Part shown: positions 41,058 through 49,869 of the stretch, one piece after another | Position numbering within the stretch: position 1 is the first letter of the stretch | How the letters are laid out: each line of letters starts with the position of its first letter | Assembly: GCA_963724765.1 (NCBI GenBank) | Contig: CAVRVY010000004.1 | Coordinates: 1,376,001 to 1,440,000 of the forward strand | Direction of reading: 5' to 3' | DNA from: an uncultured delta proteobacterium | GTDB lineage: Bacteria; Desulfobacterota; Binatia; Binatales; Binataceae | DNA length: 64,000 nucleotides | Made by a program: the position numbers and the translations under genes | Notes under the pieces: generated by a model | Told to the model about the DNA's origin: nothing | The model's input: the letters and a program-made list of their open reading frames with translations, nothing else | Database searches by the model: none

Positions 41058-41686
41058 TGACATCCGAACAGGCATCCGTGGCGGCCGCCGCGCTGCCGGC
41101 AGGCGAGTACCGTTACGAGCTGCGCCGCGGCGGCGAGCTGATCGCAGTCGAGGAGGAAACCCTCGACACCGGGTTCATTCGCGGCGTGCGGCGCACTCCC
41201 GACGGGCTCAACCGCCACGAGGTCGAGGCGCGTCTGGACGCCGGCGGCTTCATCACCGCCGTCGCGGTGCGTTACAGCCGCGGGCCGTTCAAGCGCAGCG
41301 CCAGCTACGATGCCACCGGCGATCTCATCCGCGGCCATCTTATCGCGGCCGGCGGCCGTGAAGAGGTGAGCTCCAAGCTCGGTCGCATGCACGAGGTCGA
41401 TGCCGATCTGATCCTGTGCAAGGCGCTGATCATCGCGCACGTCCGCGCCCGCGGGCAGGCGCGATGGATCGGGCGAGTCGCGATGATCGATCCGACCACG
41501 CTGGTGGCCGCCTCGCCCAAGCAGACCTACCGCCGGCTCGACGAGGCGGGGCGGCTATGGATTTTCGAGCCGCGCATGGGCGACGCCGAGGAAATCGAAA
41601 TTGACGAGGCCGGCCGCGTCGTGCGCCGCCGCGCACGCGATGCCGCCGAAACCGCTCTGGTGAGCTTCGTTGCCGCCGACGCTTAA
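41054..41686 (+). CDS. hypothetical protein (beta-strand rich)
   Basis: Overlaps DUF72 stop; coding-like codon usage; no family recognised. Confidence 0.65.
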   Translation: MMTSEQASVAAAALPAGEYRYELRRGGELIAVEEETLDTGFIRGVRRTPDGLNRHEVEARLDAGGFITAVAVRYSRGPFKRSASYDATGDLIRGHLIAAGGREEVSSKLGRMHEVDADLILCKALIIAHVRARGQARWIGRVAMIDPTTLVAASPKQTYRRLDEAGRLWIFEPRMGDAEEIEIDEAGRVVRRRARDAAETALVSFVAADA

Positions 41687-41717
41687 GGCTCAGCGCGCGC
41701 GGCTTCGGCCGTTATCC

Positions 41718-42053
41718 TCACGCTGCCATCCGGTCGCGCGGCATCCGGCAATCGCCGTCGAATTGCGCGCCTTCGTTGAGGATAAGGCTGGGCGTATTGA
41801 TCGTACAGTGCAGCTGCGCCGAGGACAGCAGCTCCAGGCGCTGGCGCGCCACGATCTCGCCGCTCACGGCGCCGGCGATGGTCAGGCGCGTCGCCGTAAT
41901 CTTGGCCGAGACCACCGCGCCTTCGGCGATCACGATCTCATCGCCAACTATTTCGCCGTCGGCCTCGCCCTCAATTCGTACCGTGCCATGAAAATGCAGA
42001 TTGCCCGAGACTTTCGTGCCTTTACCGATTCGAGATTCTTCCGTAGCTGCCAT
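41718..42053 (-). CDS. bactofilin (polymer-forming cytoskeletal protein)
   Basis: SRIGKGTKVSGNL.F.GTVRIEG, IAEGAVV, GAQFDGDC; start ATG 42053 with SD. Confidence 0.88.
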   Translation of the reverse strand: MAATEESRIGKGTKVSGNLHFHGTVRIEGEADGEIVGDEIVIAEGAVVSAKITATRLTIAGAVSGEIVARQRLELLSSAQLHCTINTPSLILNEGAQFDGDCRMPRDRMAA

Positions 42054-42186
42054 TTCTCCCCCCTTGGATCGACGGCGAACGCGAAAACTATGACGACAAA
42101 ATCGGCCGTGTGCAAACCTTTGCGCGAGGGACACCGCCGCTTGTACGGCTCGTCGCCGGCCGCAGATTTTTGTTAGGCTAGCAGCG

Positions 42187-42957
42187 ATGGGCGAATTCGA
42201 CGGTAAGGTGGCTATCGTGACCGGCGGCACGCGCGGGCTGGGCCGCGCAACCGCGCTCAGGTTAGCCCGGGGCGGCGCAACGCTGGCGCTCAACTACCGC
42301 CGCGACGAGCGCAGCGCGCGGCACACACTGGAGGAAATTCGCGCGTTCGCGCCGCGCTCCATATTGCTGCAGGCCGATCTTGGCGAGGACGAGCAGGTGC
42401 GCGCGATGGTCCGGCGCGCCGGCGAGGAGCTTGGCCGCGTCGACATCCTGATCGCCAATGCCGCCGCGACCGCCTTTCGCCCGCTAACCGAGCTCAAGCC
42501 GCATCATCTTGCCCGCACCTTCAACCTGAGCGTCGGCGGCTTTGTCGCCGCGGTGCAGGAGAGCGCGCGCCTGATGGGCGCGGGCGGCCGCGTCGTGATG
42601 ATCTCGGGAATCGACTCGATTCGCTTCACCGCCGGACATGGCGCACTCGGCGCGGCCAAGGCGGCGCTCGAGAGCATGGTGCGCGACTTCGCCTTCGAGC
42701 TCGGCCCGCGCGGCATCACGGTCAACGGCGTCAACTTCGCGCTGATCGATAGCGACTCCTCGCGCCTTTACATGGGCGAGGACTTCGAACGGATCGCGCG
42801 CGCGGCGGCGGAGCGTTCGGCGCTCAAGCGCGTGGCCAGCGCCGACGCGATCGCGGCCGTGGTCTGTCTCATCTGTATGCTCGACGCCGCCTTTCTCACC
42901 GGGCAGACGATCATGGTTGACGGGGGCCTTTCGCTGGCCTCGCCGTTCGTGCCCTGA
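42187..42957 (+). CDS. SDR, FabL-like enoyl-ACP reductase family
   Basis: TGGTRGLG, ANAAATAFRP, H-x6-K catalytic segment, GQTIMVDGG. Confidence 0.8.
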   Translation: MGEFDGKVAIVTGGTRGLGRATALRLARGGATLALNYRRDERSARHTLEEIRAFAPRSILLQADLGEDEQVRAMVRRAGEELGRVDILIANAAATAFRPLTELKPHHLARTFNLSVGGFVAAVQESARLMGAGGRVVMISGIDSIRFTAGHGALGAAKAALESMVRDFAFELGPRGITVNGVNFALIDSDSSRLYMGEDFERIARAAAERSALKRVASADAIAAVVCLICMLDAAFLTGQTIMVDGGLSLASPFVP

Positions 42958-42999
42958 TCGCGCAAGACTGCGAACTTGAGCCGCGATTAGCGGTCCCGG

Positions 43000-43788
43000 T
43001 TACACCCGGCAGAGCAGGCCGCCGTCGACTGCGATCGCCTCGCCGGTGACGAAACCCGACGCCGGCGAAGCCAGGTAAAGCAGCGCGCCGGCCAGTTCTT
43101 CGGGCCGCACCAGGCGCTTGTACGGCAGGTACTTGAGCAGGTTGGCCGCGAACTCGTCGTTGGCCAGCGCCGGGCTTCCCTCCTCGGTCATCCAGCCCGC
43201 TTCGAGCAGGTTGATACGGATGTTCTGGCGGGCCCATTCCAGCGCCAGCGCGCGCACCAGGTTCGCCACTGCGCCCTTGGCCGCGCAATAGAGCGACGCG
43301 CCGGGCACTCCGCGCTCCGCGAGCACCGAGCTGATGACGACGATCGAGCCGCCGCGCTGACGCATCGCGCGCGCGCTCTCCTGGCACGCCATCCACACGC
43401 TCTTCACATTGCTTACGATCACGCGATCGAAAATCGTGTCGTCGCCCGCCTCGGCCGGCGCGTAGTACGGCGCATCCAGCGCCGTCACCATCACGTCGAG
43501 CCCGCCCAGGTGCTTGACCGCCTTGTCGATCGTCGCGCGAACATCGGCACGGATGCTCGCGTTCTGCACCTGGGTTATCGGCGCCGCCTTGGCGCCGGCC
43601 GCCTGCACCGCCTTGACGATCTCCCTGATCTGCCCGTCGGTGCCCGGTTCCTGCGAGGCGATCATCAATCTCGCGCCGGCCTCGGCCATCGTCGCGGCGG
43701 CAATGCGGCCCGCCGGATGCTCCGCTCCAATAACCAACGCCGCCTTGTCGGCCAGCGTGAAATCGTTCAGTCCCTGGGGAAGCGCCAT
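43000..43788 (-). CDS. SDR family protein with degenerate cofactor-binding motifs
   Basis: IGAEHPAG in place of TGxxxGxG, VTALD in place of NNAG; YCAAK and TGEAIAVDGG retained; start ATG 43788. Confidence 0.8.
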   Translation of the reverse strand: MALPQGLNDFTLADKAALVIGAEHPAGRIAAATMAEAGARLMIASQEPGTDGQIREIVKAVQAAGAKAAPITQVQNASIRADVRATIDKAVKHLGGLDVMVTALDAPYYAPAEAGDDTIFDRVIVSNVKSVWMACQESARAMRQRGGSIVVISSVLAERGVPGASLYCAAKGAVANLVRALALEWARQNIRINLLEAGWMTEEGSPALANDEFAANLLKYLPYKRLVRPEELAGALLYLASPASGFVTGEAIAVDGGLLCRV

Positions 43789-43805
43789 GATGCCCTCGCC
43801 TGCCT

Positions 43806-44600
43806 TCACGTGGTCGGCTGCGGCACGACGCCGGTGGGTGTGATGCCGCCGGCCAGTCCGCCGCCGTCGATCTTGATGAGCGCGCCGTTGATATGATTGG
43901 AAGCTTCCGAACTGAGAAAGATCGCCAACGGACCGACGTCCGCGTCCTGTCCGCCGCGGCCCATCGGGATGAACTTGCCGCCCTTGAAGAACGCCATCAG
44001 GCGCTCGTTGTGCGGAAAGATGCCGGGCACGATGCAGTTGGTCTGGATGTTGTAGTCGGCGTAGGTCAGCGCCATCGACCGCGTCAACTGCAACACCGCG
44101 CCCTTGGAACACGCATACATGTAGTTGTGTTTGCCGCCGCGCAATCCATAGCCCGAGGCGACGTTGATTATCTTGCCGCGCTTTTGCTTGAGCATCTGCG
44201 GAGTCACCGCGCGGCAGCCGTAGAACTGGCTGGAAAGGTTGATGTCGATGCCGCGGCGCCATTCCTCGTCGCTTATCTGGTCGATGGTCTTACCGAAGGA
44301 GTCCTCGCCGGCCCCGGCGTTGTTGATTAGCACGTCGATCTTGCCGAATTCCTTGACCGCCGCCGCGACCATCGCGCTTACGTCCTCGGAGCGCGAGACG
44401 TCGGTCGGCACGATCAGGCACTTGCGCCCGAGCTTGCGCACCTCGGCCGCAGTTTCCTCGAGTTGCTCGACCGTGCGCGCCGCGGCAACGATGTCGGCGC
44501 CGGCCCCGGCCAGACGCGTGGCCATCGCGCGGCCCAGGCCGCGGCCGGCCCCGGTGATAATCGCCAGCTTGCCGTCGAGTTTGAGATTGTCGGCAACCAT
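43806..44600 (-). CDS. classical SDR oxidoreductase
   Basis: TGAGRGLG, INNAG, YACSK. Confidence 0.9.
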   Translation of the reverse strand: MVADNLKLDGKLAIITGAGRGLGRAMATRLAGAGADIVAAARTVEQLEETAAEVRKLGRKCLIVPTDVSRSEDVSAMVAAAVKEFGKIDVLINNAGAGEDSFGKTIDQISDEEWRRGIDINLSSQFYGCRAVTPQMLKQKRGKIINVASGYGLRGGKHNYMYACSKGAVLQLTRSMALTYADYNIQTNCIVPGIFPHNERLMAFFKGGKFIPMGRGGQDADVGPLAIFLSSEASNHINGALIKIDGGGLAGGITPTGVVPQPTT

Positions 44601-44780
44601 GCTTCCTCCCGCCTATGCACGCGCGTCGTTGATTGATGCTCGCAGCCCACGCGCCGCTTGCCCTAGCTACTAACACAGCCGCACCACGCCTAGAAAGTTG
44701 CCGCCTTTCGGTACGCAGAAAGGTCGCTTTTGACCGGGCGGTAGGACGCGGCATATATTCGATAGAAAGGAGCAAAAGCG

Positions 44781-45404
44781 ATGGCGATTAACATCACGAT
44801 GTTCTCAGATTTCATCTGTCCCTTCTGCTATATCGGCTTCGCCACGTTGCGAAAGCTCAAGCCCGAATTCGATTTCACCGTACGTCACCGCGGCTTCCAG
44901 ATACATCCTGAATGGCCGGCTGAGGGAATGCCCGCCGAACAGTGGCGATCCGGTATGAGTCCGGCGGCGCGCGAGGCGCTCTGGGAGCGGATAAGCGCGA
45001 TGGGCGCGGCGGTGGGGTTGGAAATGAAAGCGCCCCGCACGCTCGCCAACTCGATGCTCGCGCTGCAGGCGGGCGAGTTCGCGGCGGAAGCCGGCGTAGC
45101 CAAGGCCTTCGAAGATCGCGTTTTTCGCGCCTACTTCTGCGAAGGGCTCAATATCGGCGAGCGCGACGTGCTGCTGGACCTCGGCGCAGAGGTCGGACTC
45201 GATCGCGTCGCGCTGGGTGAAGCGCTCGATTCAGCGAAGTACGCGATGCGTATCAAGAACAACGCCATGTCGGCCAGCCACAAGGGCATAAGCGGAGTCC
45301 CCACCTTGCTAATCGGCGACCTGCCGCTGGTCGGGGCGCAAAGCGAAGACGCGATGCGCCGCGTGCTGCAACGCGCCAGCGAAATGCTCGGGGTTGCTAA
45401 GTAG
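44781..45404 (+). CDS. DsbA/FrnE family oxidoreductase
   Basis: SDFICPFCYIG, GISGVP, GAQ. Confidence 0.9.
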   Translation: MAINITMFSDFICPFCYIGFATLRKLKPEFDFTVRHRGFQIHPEWPAEGMPAEQWRSGMSPAAREALWERISAMGAAVGLEMKAPRTLANSMLALQAGEFAAEAGVAKAFEDRVFRAYFCEGLNIGERDVLLDLGAEVGLDRVALGEALDSAKYAMRIKNNAMSASHKGISGVPTLLIGDLPLVGAQSEDAMRRVLQRASEMLGVAK

Positions 45405-45454
45405 CCGAAGTGCGATGCGAGCCGGCTGGCGCTCAGATTCGCCACTGAACTGAT

Positions 45455-45700
45455 ATGCTTGACACCGTGAAGCCTGCCGGCGAGACGATTCGGCTCGACC
45501 TCAGAGGTGTCAAGTGTCCACTCAATTGGGCCCATGCCAAGGTGCGGCTGGAGCGGATGGCGCTCGGCGAGACTCTTGAATTAACGCTTGACGATCCGCG
45601 CGGCGTGCGCGATATACCGCGGGCGGCCGAAGCCGAAGGCTACGCCGTCGTCGAAACGCGGGCGGTTGACGGCGGCTGGATACTCAGAATCGAAAGATAG
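45455..45700 (+). CDS. TusA/SirA family sulfur carrier
   Basis: LDLRGVKCPL, LDDP..VRDIP. Confidence 0.88.
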   Translation: MLDTVKPAGETIRLDLRGVKCPLNWAHAKVRLERMALGETLELTLDDPRGVRDIPRAAEAEGYAVVETRAVDGGWILRIER

Positions 45701-45711
45701 CCTGCGAGTGA

Positions 45712-46605
45712 CTACATCCCAATCAGATCGGCCCGCTCGATGACGTGGCGAATGCCGCGCACGGACGCGACGTCGATCATCACGCCCTCGTAAGTCACGG
45801 CGCCAAGTCCGTCGGCCTCGGCCTTGGCATAGACCTCGGCCATCTTGCGCGCGCGCGCAACCTCATCCTTGGTCGGCGAATACACTTCGTTGGCGAGATC
45901 GATCTGGCTCGGATGAATCGCCCATTTGCCGACGAAGCCGAGTATCGACGCCCAGGTCGCCTCGCGCCGGTAGCCGTCGGGGTCGTGAAAGTCGGCGAAT
46001 GGGCCGTCGATCGCATCGATTCCCGCCGCGCGCGCCGCAACCACGATCTTGTTGCGCGCGTAATGCCACATGTCACCCGGATAGCCCGCGGCGCCCTTGG
46101 CCGGAAAACGTACGCCCTGCGAAGCGCTGAAGTCGCCAGGGCCGAAAATGATCGCTTCCAGGCGCGGCGTGCATCGCGCGATCTCTTCGACATTGATCAG
46201 CGCCTGCACTTCCTCAATTAGCACTTCGAGCCCGATGCGCCGTTTGCGCTTGAGCCTCATCTCGACGCCCGAGAGCAAGGTGTCGACGAACCAGAGATCG
46301 CGCGGCGCCTTGACCTTCGGAATGATTATCAGGTCTAGGTTGTCGCCGGCCTTCTCGGCAAGCTCGATCACTTCTTGGTAGGCGTATTCGGTCTCGACAT
46401 TGTTGATGCGGACGGCGCGGGTTTTCTTGCCCCAGTTAAGGCCGTTCAGCGCGTCGATAACCCGCTTGCGTGCGGCCACCTTTTCGTTCGGCGCGACCGA
46501 ATCCTCCAGATCGAGGAAGACGAGATCGGCGGTGCTGGCCGCCGCGCGCTCAATCATCCGCTCGTTGCTGCCCGGGGTGGAGAGTTCCGACCTGCGAAGA
46601 CGCAT
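45712..46605 (-). CDS. CitE/malyl-CoA lyase family CoA-ester lyase
   Basis: RRSELSTPG, FLDLEDSVAP, VRIN, PKV, IFGPGDF, DGPF, GKWAIHPSQI. Confidence 0.9.
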   Translation of the reverse strand: MRLRRSELSTPGSNERMIERAAASTADLVFLDLEDSVAPNEKVAARKRVIDALNGLNWGKKTRAVRINNVETEYAYQEVIELAEKAGDNLDLIIIPKVKAPRDLWFVDTLLSGVEMRLKRKRRIGLEVLIEEVQALINVEEIARCTPRLEAIIFGPGDFSASQGVRFPAKGAAGYPGDMWHYARNKIVVAARAAGIDAIDGPFADFHDPDGYRREATWASILGFVGKWAIHPSQIDLANEVYSPTKDEVARARKMAEVYAKAEADGLGAVTYEGVMIDVASVRGIRHVIERADLIGM

Positions 46606-46707
46606 CGTTGTGGTCCTTTTTGTATAGCTGTCGTGTAGCGTCTGTATAACGCTTGCCTTGCTGCCCGCCGACGGCCGATGCCGCCGAATTTCGCCGGGAG
46701 CGCGCGG

Positions 46708-47394
46708 CTATCGCCGCCGCCGGCGCGCGCCGGCGCCCTTCTTCGCCGCCGCGCCGCGCGCGCGCACTGCGCGCCGCGCCGGCGGCTTCTGCTGCGCCGG
46801 GACGCTCCGCCCCGGCGCGCGCGAGCGTGCCGGCTTCGCCGGCACGCTCGCGCGCAGGTGAAACGCGCGGCGCTTGAGCAACACGCGCCGCTCGCCTTCG
46901 AACACCACCTCGCCGCGCTCGTTCACGCCCCAGTGGCGAAAGCGCACTTCGCCAACCTCGGCGCGGTTGAACCGCGCGAGGTCGGGCCGCCCGGCCGCGG
47001 CCGCGTCAAAGTCGCACGTCTCCATCACTTCGGAAAACGCGTAGAGCGTGTCGCCATGCAGGACGGGGGTTCGAAATCGAATCTTGTCCAGCGCCAGTTC
47101 GGCCAGCGCCTGCTCGCCCGTATCTTCCATCGCCAGGCCGATCACCAGCGAGGCGGTGACGCCGCCGAAGGTGATGCGATGACCGATCGGGTTGGACGCC
47201 ATCAGGTGCTCGTTGAAATGGCCCTGCGCCGTGTTCATCACCAGGTTGGTGATGAGCACGTTGTCGATCTCGCCGACCGTCTTGCCGCGCGCGTGCTCGT
47301 AAACGTCGCCGACGTTGAAGTCCTCGAAGTAATTGTCGCGCCCGGTCAGGTTCTGCGGCCCGGATGCGAATCCATTTCCTGTTTCAGCAGCCAT
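46708..47394 (-). CDS. MaoC-like (R)-hydratase, resembling the C-terminal half of mesaconyl-CoA hydratase
   Basis: YFEDF.VGD, NTAQGHF, RITFGG, PVLHGDTLYAFSEV; basic tail. Confidence 0.82.
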   Translation of the reverse strand: MAAETGNGFASGPQNLTGRDNYFEDFNVGDVYEHARGKTVGEIDNVLITNLVMNTAQGHFNEHLMASNPIGHRITFGGVTASLVIGLAMEDTGEQALAELALDKIRFRTPVLHGDTLYAFSEVMETCDFDAAAAGRPDLARFNRAEVGEVRFRHWGVNERGEVVFEGERRVLLKRRAFHLRASVPAKPARSRAPGRSVPAQQKPPARRAVRARGAAAKKGAGARRRRR

Positions 47395-47419
47395 CTTGTC
47401 CGTTCTCGCCTCGCGGCCG

Positions 47420-48574
47420 CTAGTCCTGCGGCCCCAGCAGCCGATCCGAAATCACGCGGAGTTGGATTTGCGAGGTACCCTCGAAAATCTTGGTCAACCG
47501 CGCGTCGCGCCAGTAGCGCTCGATCGCAAAATCCTTGGTGTAGCCGTAACCGCCGTGAATCTGCAGCGCGTCGCTGGTCACCCGCTCGGCCATCTCGGAA
47601 GCGAACCACTTCACCATCGAGGCTTCCTTGTCGCAGCGCCGTTTGCTGTCGACCTCATTGGCGACGAAGTACATGAGCTGGCGCGCGGCCTCTATATTGG
47701 CGGCCATTTCGGCAAGCTTGAAGCGGATCGCCTGGAAGTCGCCGATGGGATGGCCGAATTGCGAGCGGCGCTTGGCGTATTCCACGGAATCGTCCAGCCC
47801 GCCGCGCGCGAGCCCAATCGCGCGCGCCGCCGTATGCACCCGCGCGGTCTCCAGCCCCGACATCATCGCGTAGAATCCGCGCCCTTCCTCGCCCAGCAGG
47901 GCAGCGGCCGGCAGATGAAAGTTGTCGAAGTGCAGCTCGAAAGTCTTCCAGCCGAAGTAGCCGATCTTGCGAATCGGCGATCCCGTAATCCCGGGCGGAA
48001 ATTTGCCGCGCTCTTTTTGGATCAGGAACTGGCTGATGCCGACGTGGCGGCGCTTGGAATCGGTCGGCGGCGAGGTGCGCGCGAACAGCACGATATAATC
48101 GGCGCCGTCGGCGAACGTGCACCAGGTCTTGGTGCCGTTGATCACCCATTCATCGCCCTGGCGCGTGGCCTTGCACGCGACACTGGCGAGGTCCGAACCC
48201 GCGTCGGGCTCGGAAAGCGAAAACGCGCCCAGCCATTCGCCGCGCGCGATTTTCGGAAAATAGCGGCGCTTGTCCTCTTCGGTAACGCCGCCCCACAGCG
48301 AATTGCCGCGCGCGATGATGCTGGCGACGCTCATCCAGGCCCGCGCCAGTTCCTCGGTCACCAGCGCGTACTCGAACGCGCCGAGGCCCAGGCCGCCGTA
48401 CTCCTCGGGAATCAGGATGCCGAAGTAGCCCAGTTCGGCCATCTTGTCGCGCAACGACATCGGGATGTCGCCCTGCTCGGGGTCGAGCTTGTTGGCGATG
48501 GGCAGGACCTGCTCGAGCGCAAAGTCACGCGCCATCTGCTGAATCAGCTTGCGCTCCTCGGTTATGTAACTCAT
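47420..48574 (-). CDS. acyl-CoA dehydrogenase
   Basis: SEPDAGSD, NGTKTW, RSQFGHPIGDFQ, QIHGGYGY, KIFEGTSQIQ; ATG 48574 overlaps upstream stop. Confidence 0.93.
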   Translation of the reverse strand: MSYITEERKLIQQMARDFALEQVLPIANKLDPEQGDIPMSLRDKMAELGYFGILIPEEYGGLGLGAFEYALVTEELARAWMSVASIIARGNSLWGGVTEEDKRRYFPKIARGEWLGAFSLSEPDAGSDLASVACKATRQGDEWVINGTKTWCTFADGADYIVLFARTSPPTDSKRRHVGISQFLIQKERGKFPPGITGSPIRKIGYFGWKTFELHFDNFHLPAAALLGEEGRGFYAMMSGLETARVHTAARAIGLARGGLDDSVEYAKRRSQFGHPIGDFQAIRFKLAEMAANIEAARQLMYFVANEVDSKRRCDKEASMVKWFASEMAERVTSDALQIHGGYGYTKDFAIERYWRDARLTKIFEGTSQIQLRVISDRLLGPQD

Positions 48575-49062
48575 GGATGGGCGTTCCTTTTGCTCACCAG
48601 GTTGGTGCGGCGGAAGTCGATCACCAGCTCGCCGCGGCTGTTGTGCCCCTCGGTGTGCCAACTCACGATTCCACTTTCGGGCCGGCTGGCCGACTCGCGT
48701 TTGTCCAGCACCGTGCTGCGGGCGCTGAGCGTTTCGCCGGGATAGACGGTGCTATGGAATTTCAGATCGTCGACACCCAGGAACAGACCGCCCGCCTCGC
48801 TCAGGTCCTCAACTGAAAGTCCGAAGACCGTCAGGAAAACCAGCATCGGATTCAGCACGACGCTGCCATGGCCGTGGGCACGCGCATAGTCGGCGTTGAA
48901 GTACAGAGGGTTGAAACTGAGCGTCAGGGTCGAGAACAGGCTGTTGTCGCCGTCGTTGAGCGTGCGTCCCCAATGATGCTGGTAGACATGGCCGAGTTTG
49001 AAATCCTCGTAATGATTTCCCTTGGGCCATTTTTTGGCCCGCGATTTGAAATCTTCACTCAT
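48571..49062 (-). CDS. MaoC-like (R)-hydratase, resembling the N-terminal half of mesaconyl-CoA hydratase
   Basis: GNHYEDF, GRTLNDGD, NPLYFN, VFGLSVEDLS, VYPGETL. Confidence 0.85.
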   Translation of the reverse strand: MSEDFKSRAKKWPKGNHYEDFKLGHVYQHHWGRTLNDGDNSLFSTLTLSFNPLYFNADYARAHGHGSVVLNPMLVFLTVFGLSVEDLSEAGGLFLGVDDLKFHSTVYPGETLSARSTVLDKRESASRPESGIVSWHTEGHNSRGELVIDFRRTNLVSKRNAHP

Positions 49063-49289
49063 TCCCGTACTCCGAATTCATCCGCCCATGCCGCTGTGGC
49101 AATTGGCGTTAATGCCGATGCGCCCGGTCATAGGAGCATAGACAACCGGCGCCATATTGGCGAGTTTGGCCCCATCGAGGCAAGGCTGCGATCGCTGAGC
49201 CGAGAACCTGTCTTGGACGGTATCTCACCCCATGGTATCGTCACTAATACCGGACGGATGTAGCAAGAGAGACGCGGGAGAGCACCGAT

Positions 49290-49784
49290 ATGCGTAAGTG
49301 GACGGCCTCGATAGCTCTGCTGGCGGTTTTGGCCCTCGCGGGTGCCGCGCCGGCGAGGGCCGGTGGCGGCTCGTCCGCATGGAGCAAGCTTTCGGCGCTG
49401 CTCGGGAACAAGCATGATGCCGACAACTTCAAACTTATCCACGTCGCTGACCTCGCCGCGCTCAGGGCCGATCCAAATTCGCATGTCGTGATCCTCGACG
49501 CCAACGTCCAGGACACGCGCAACAAATACGGCGTGATCCCGGGAGCGCGGCTGCTTCCTTCCTACGACAACTACGACGTTGCGACGGAGCTGCCGCCCGC
49601 GAAAAATGCCAAGCTGGTTTTCTACTGCGCCAATACGCGTTGAATGGCCTCGCACGGCGCCGCCCGGCGGGCGGTCGCAGCAGGCTACACGGACGTGAGC
49701 GTGATGGTCGACGGAATCAAGGGATGGGACGCGGCCGGCCAACCTCACGACCACGCGGCGTCGGCTCAGCACGCGGCGATGTGA
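49290..49784 (+). CDS. probable exported selenoprotein rhodanese (Cx4U, U118), 164 aa with TGA readthrough
   Basis: Signal peptide ending ARA; ILDAN, IPGA, LVFYCANTR-TGA(49641-49643); continues in frame as MASHGAARRAVAAGYTDVSVMVDGIKGWDAAG to stop at 49782-49784. Confidence 0.75.
49659..49675 (+). promoter_or_regulatory. putative bacterial SECIS hairpin
   Basis: G-CCGCCC-[GGC]-GGGCGG-U; loop G 23 nt after UGA. Confidence 0.5.
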
Positions 49785-49869
49785 ACCTTACCGCGTCGGC
49801 ATTCGACCACATCCCGGTAATCATTTTCCTTCGCTGCGGATTTCACCACATTTTGCGACAAGGCATCGC

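Noticed and set aside
44781-45700. Selenocysteine in the DsbA/FrnE or TusA genes
   Set aside because: Their active-site residues (CPFC, CPL) are ordinary Cys codons and both frames end at TAG.
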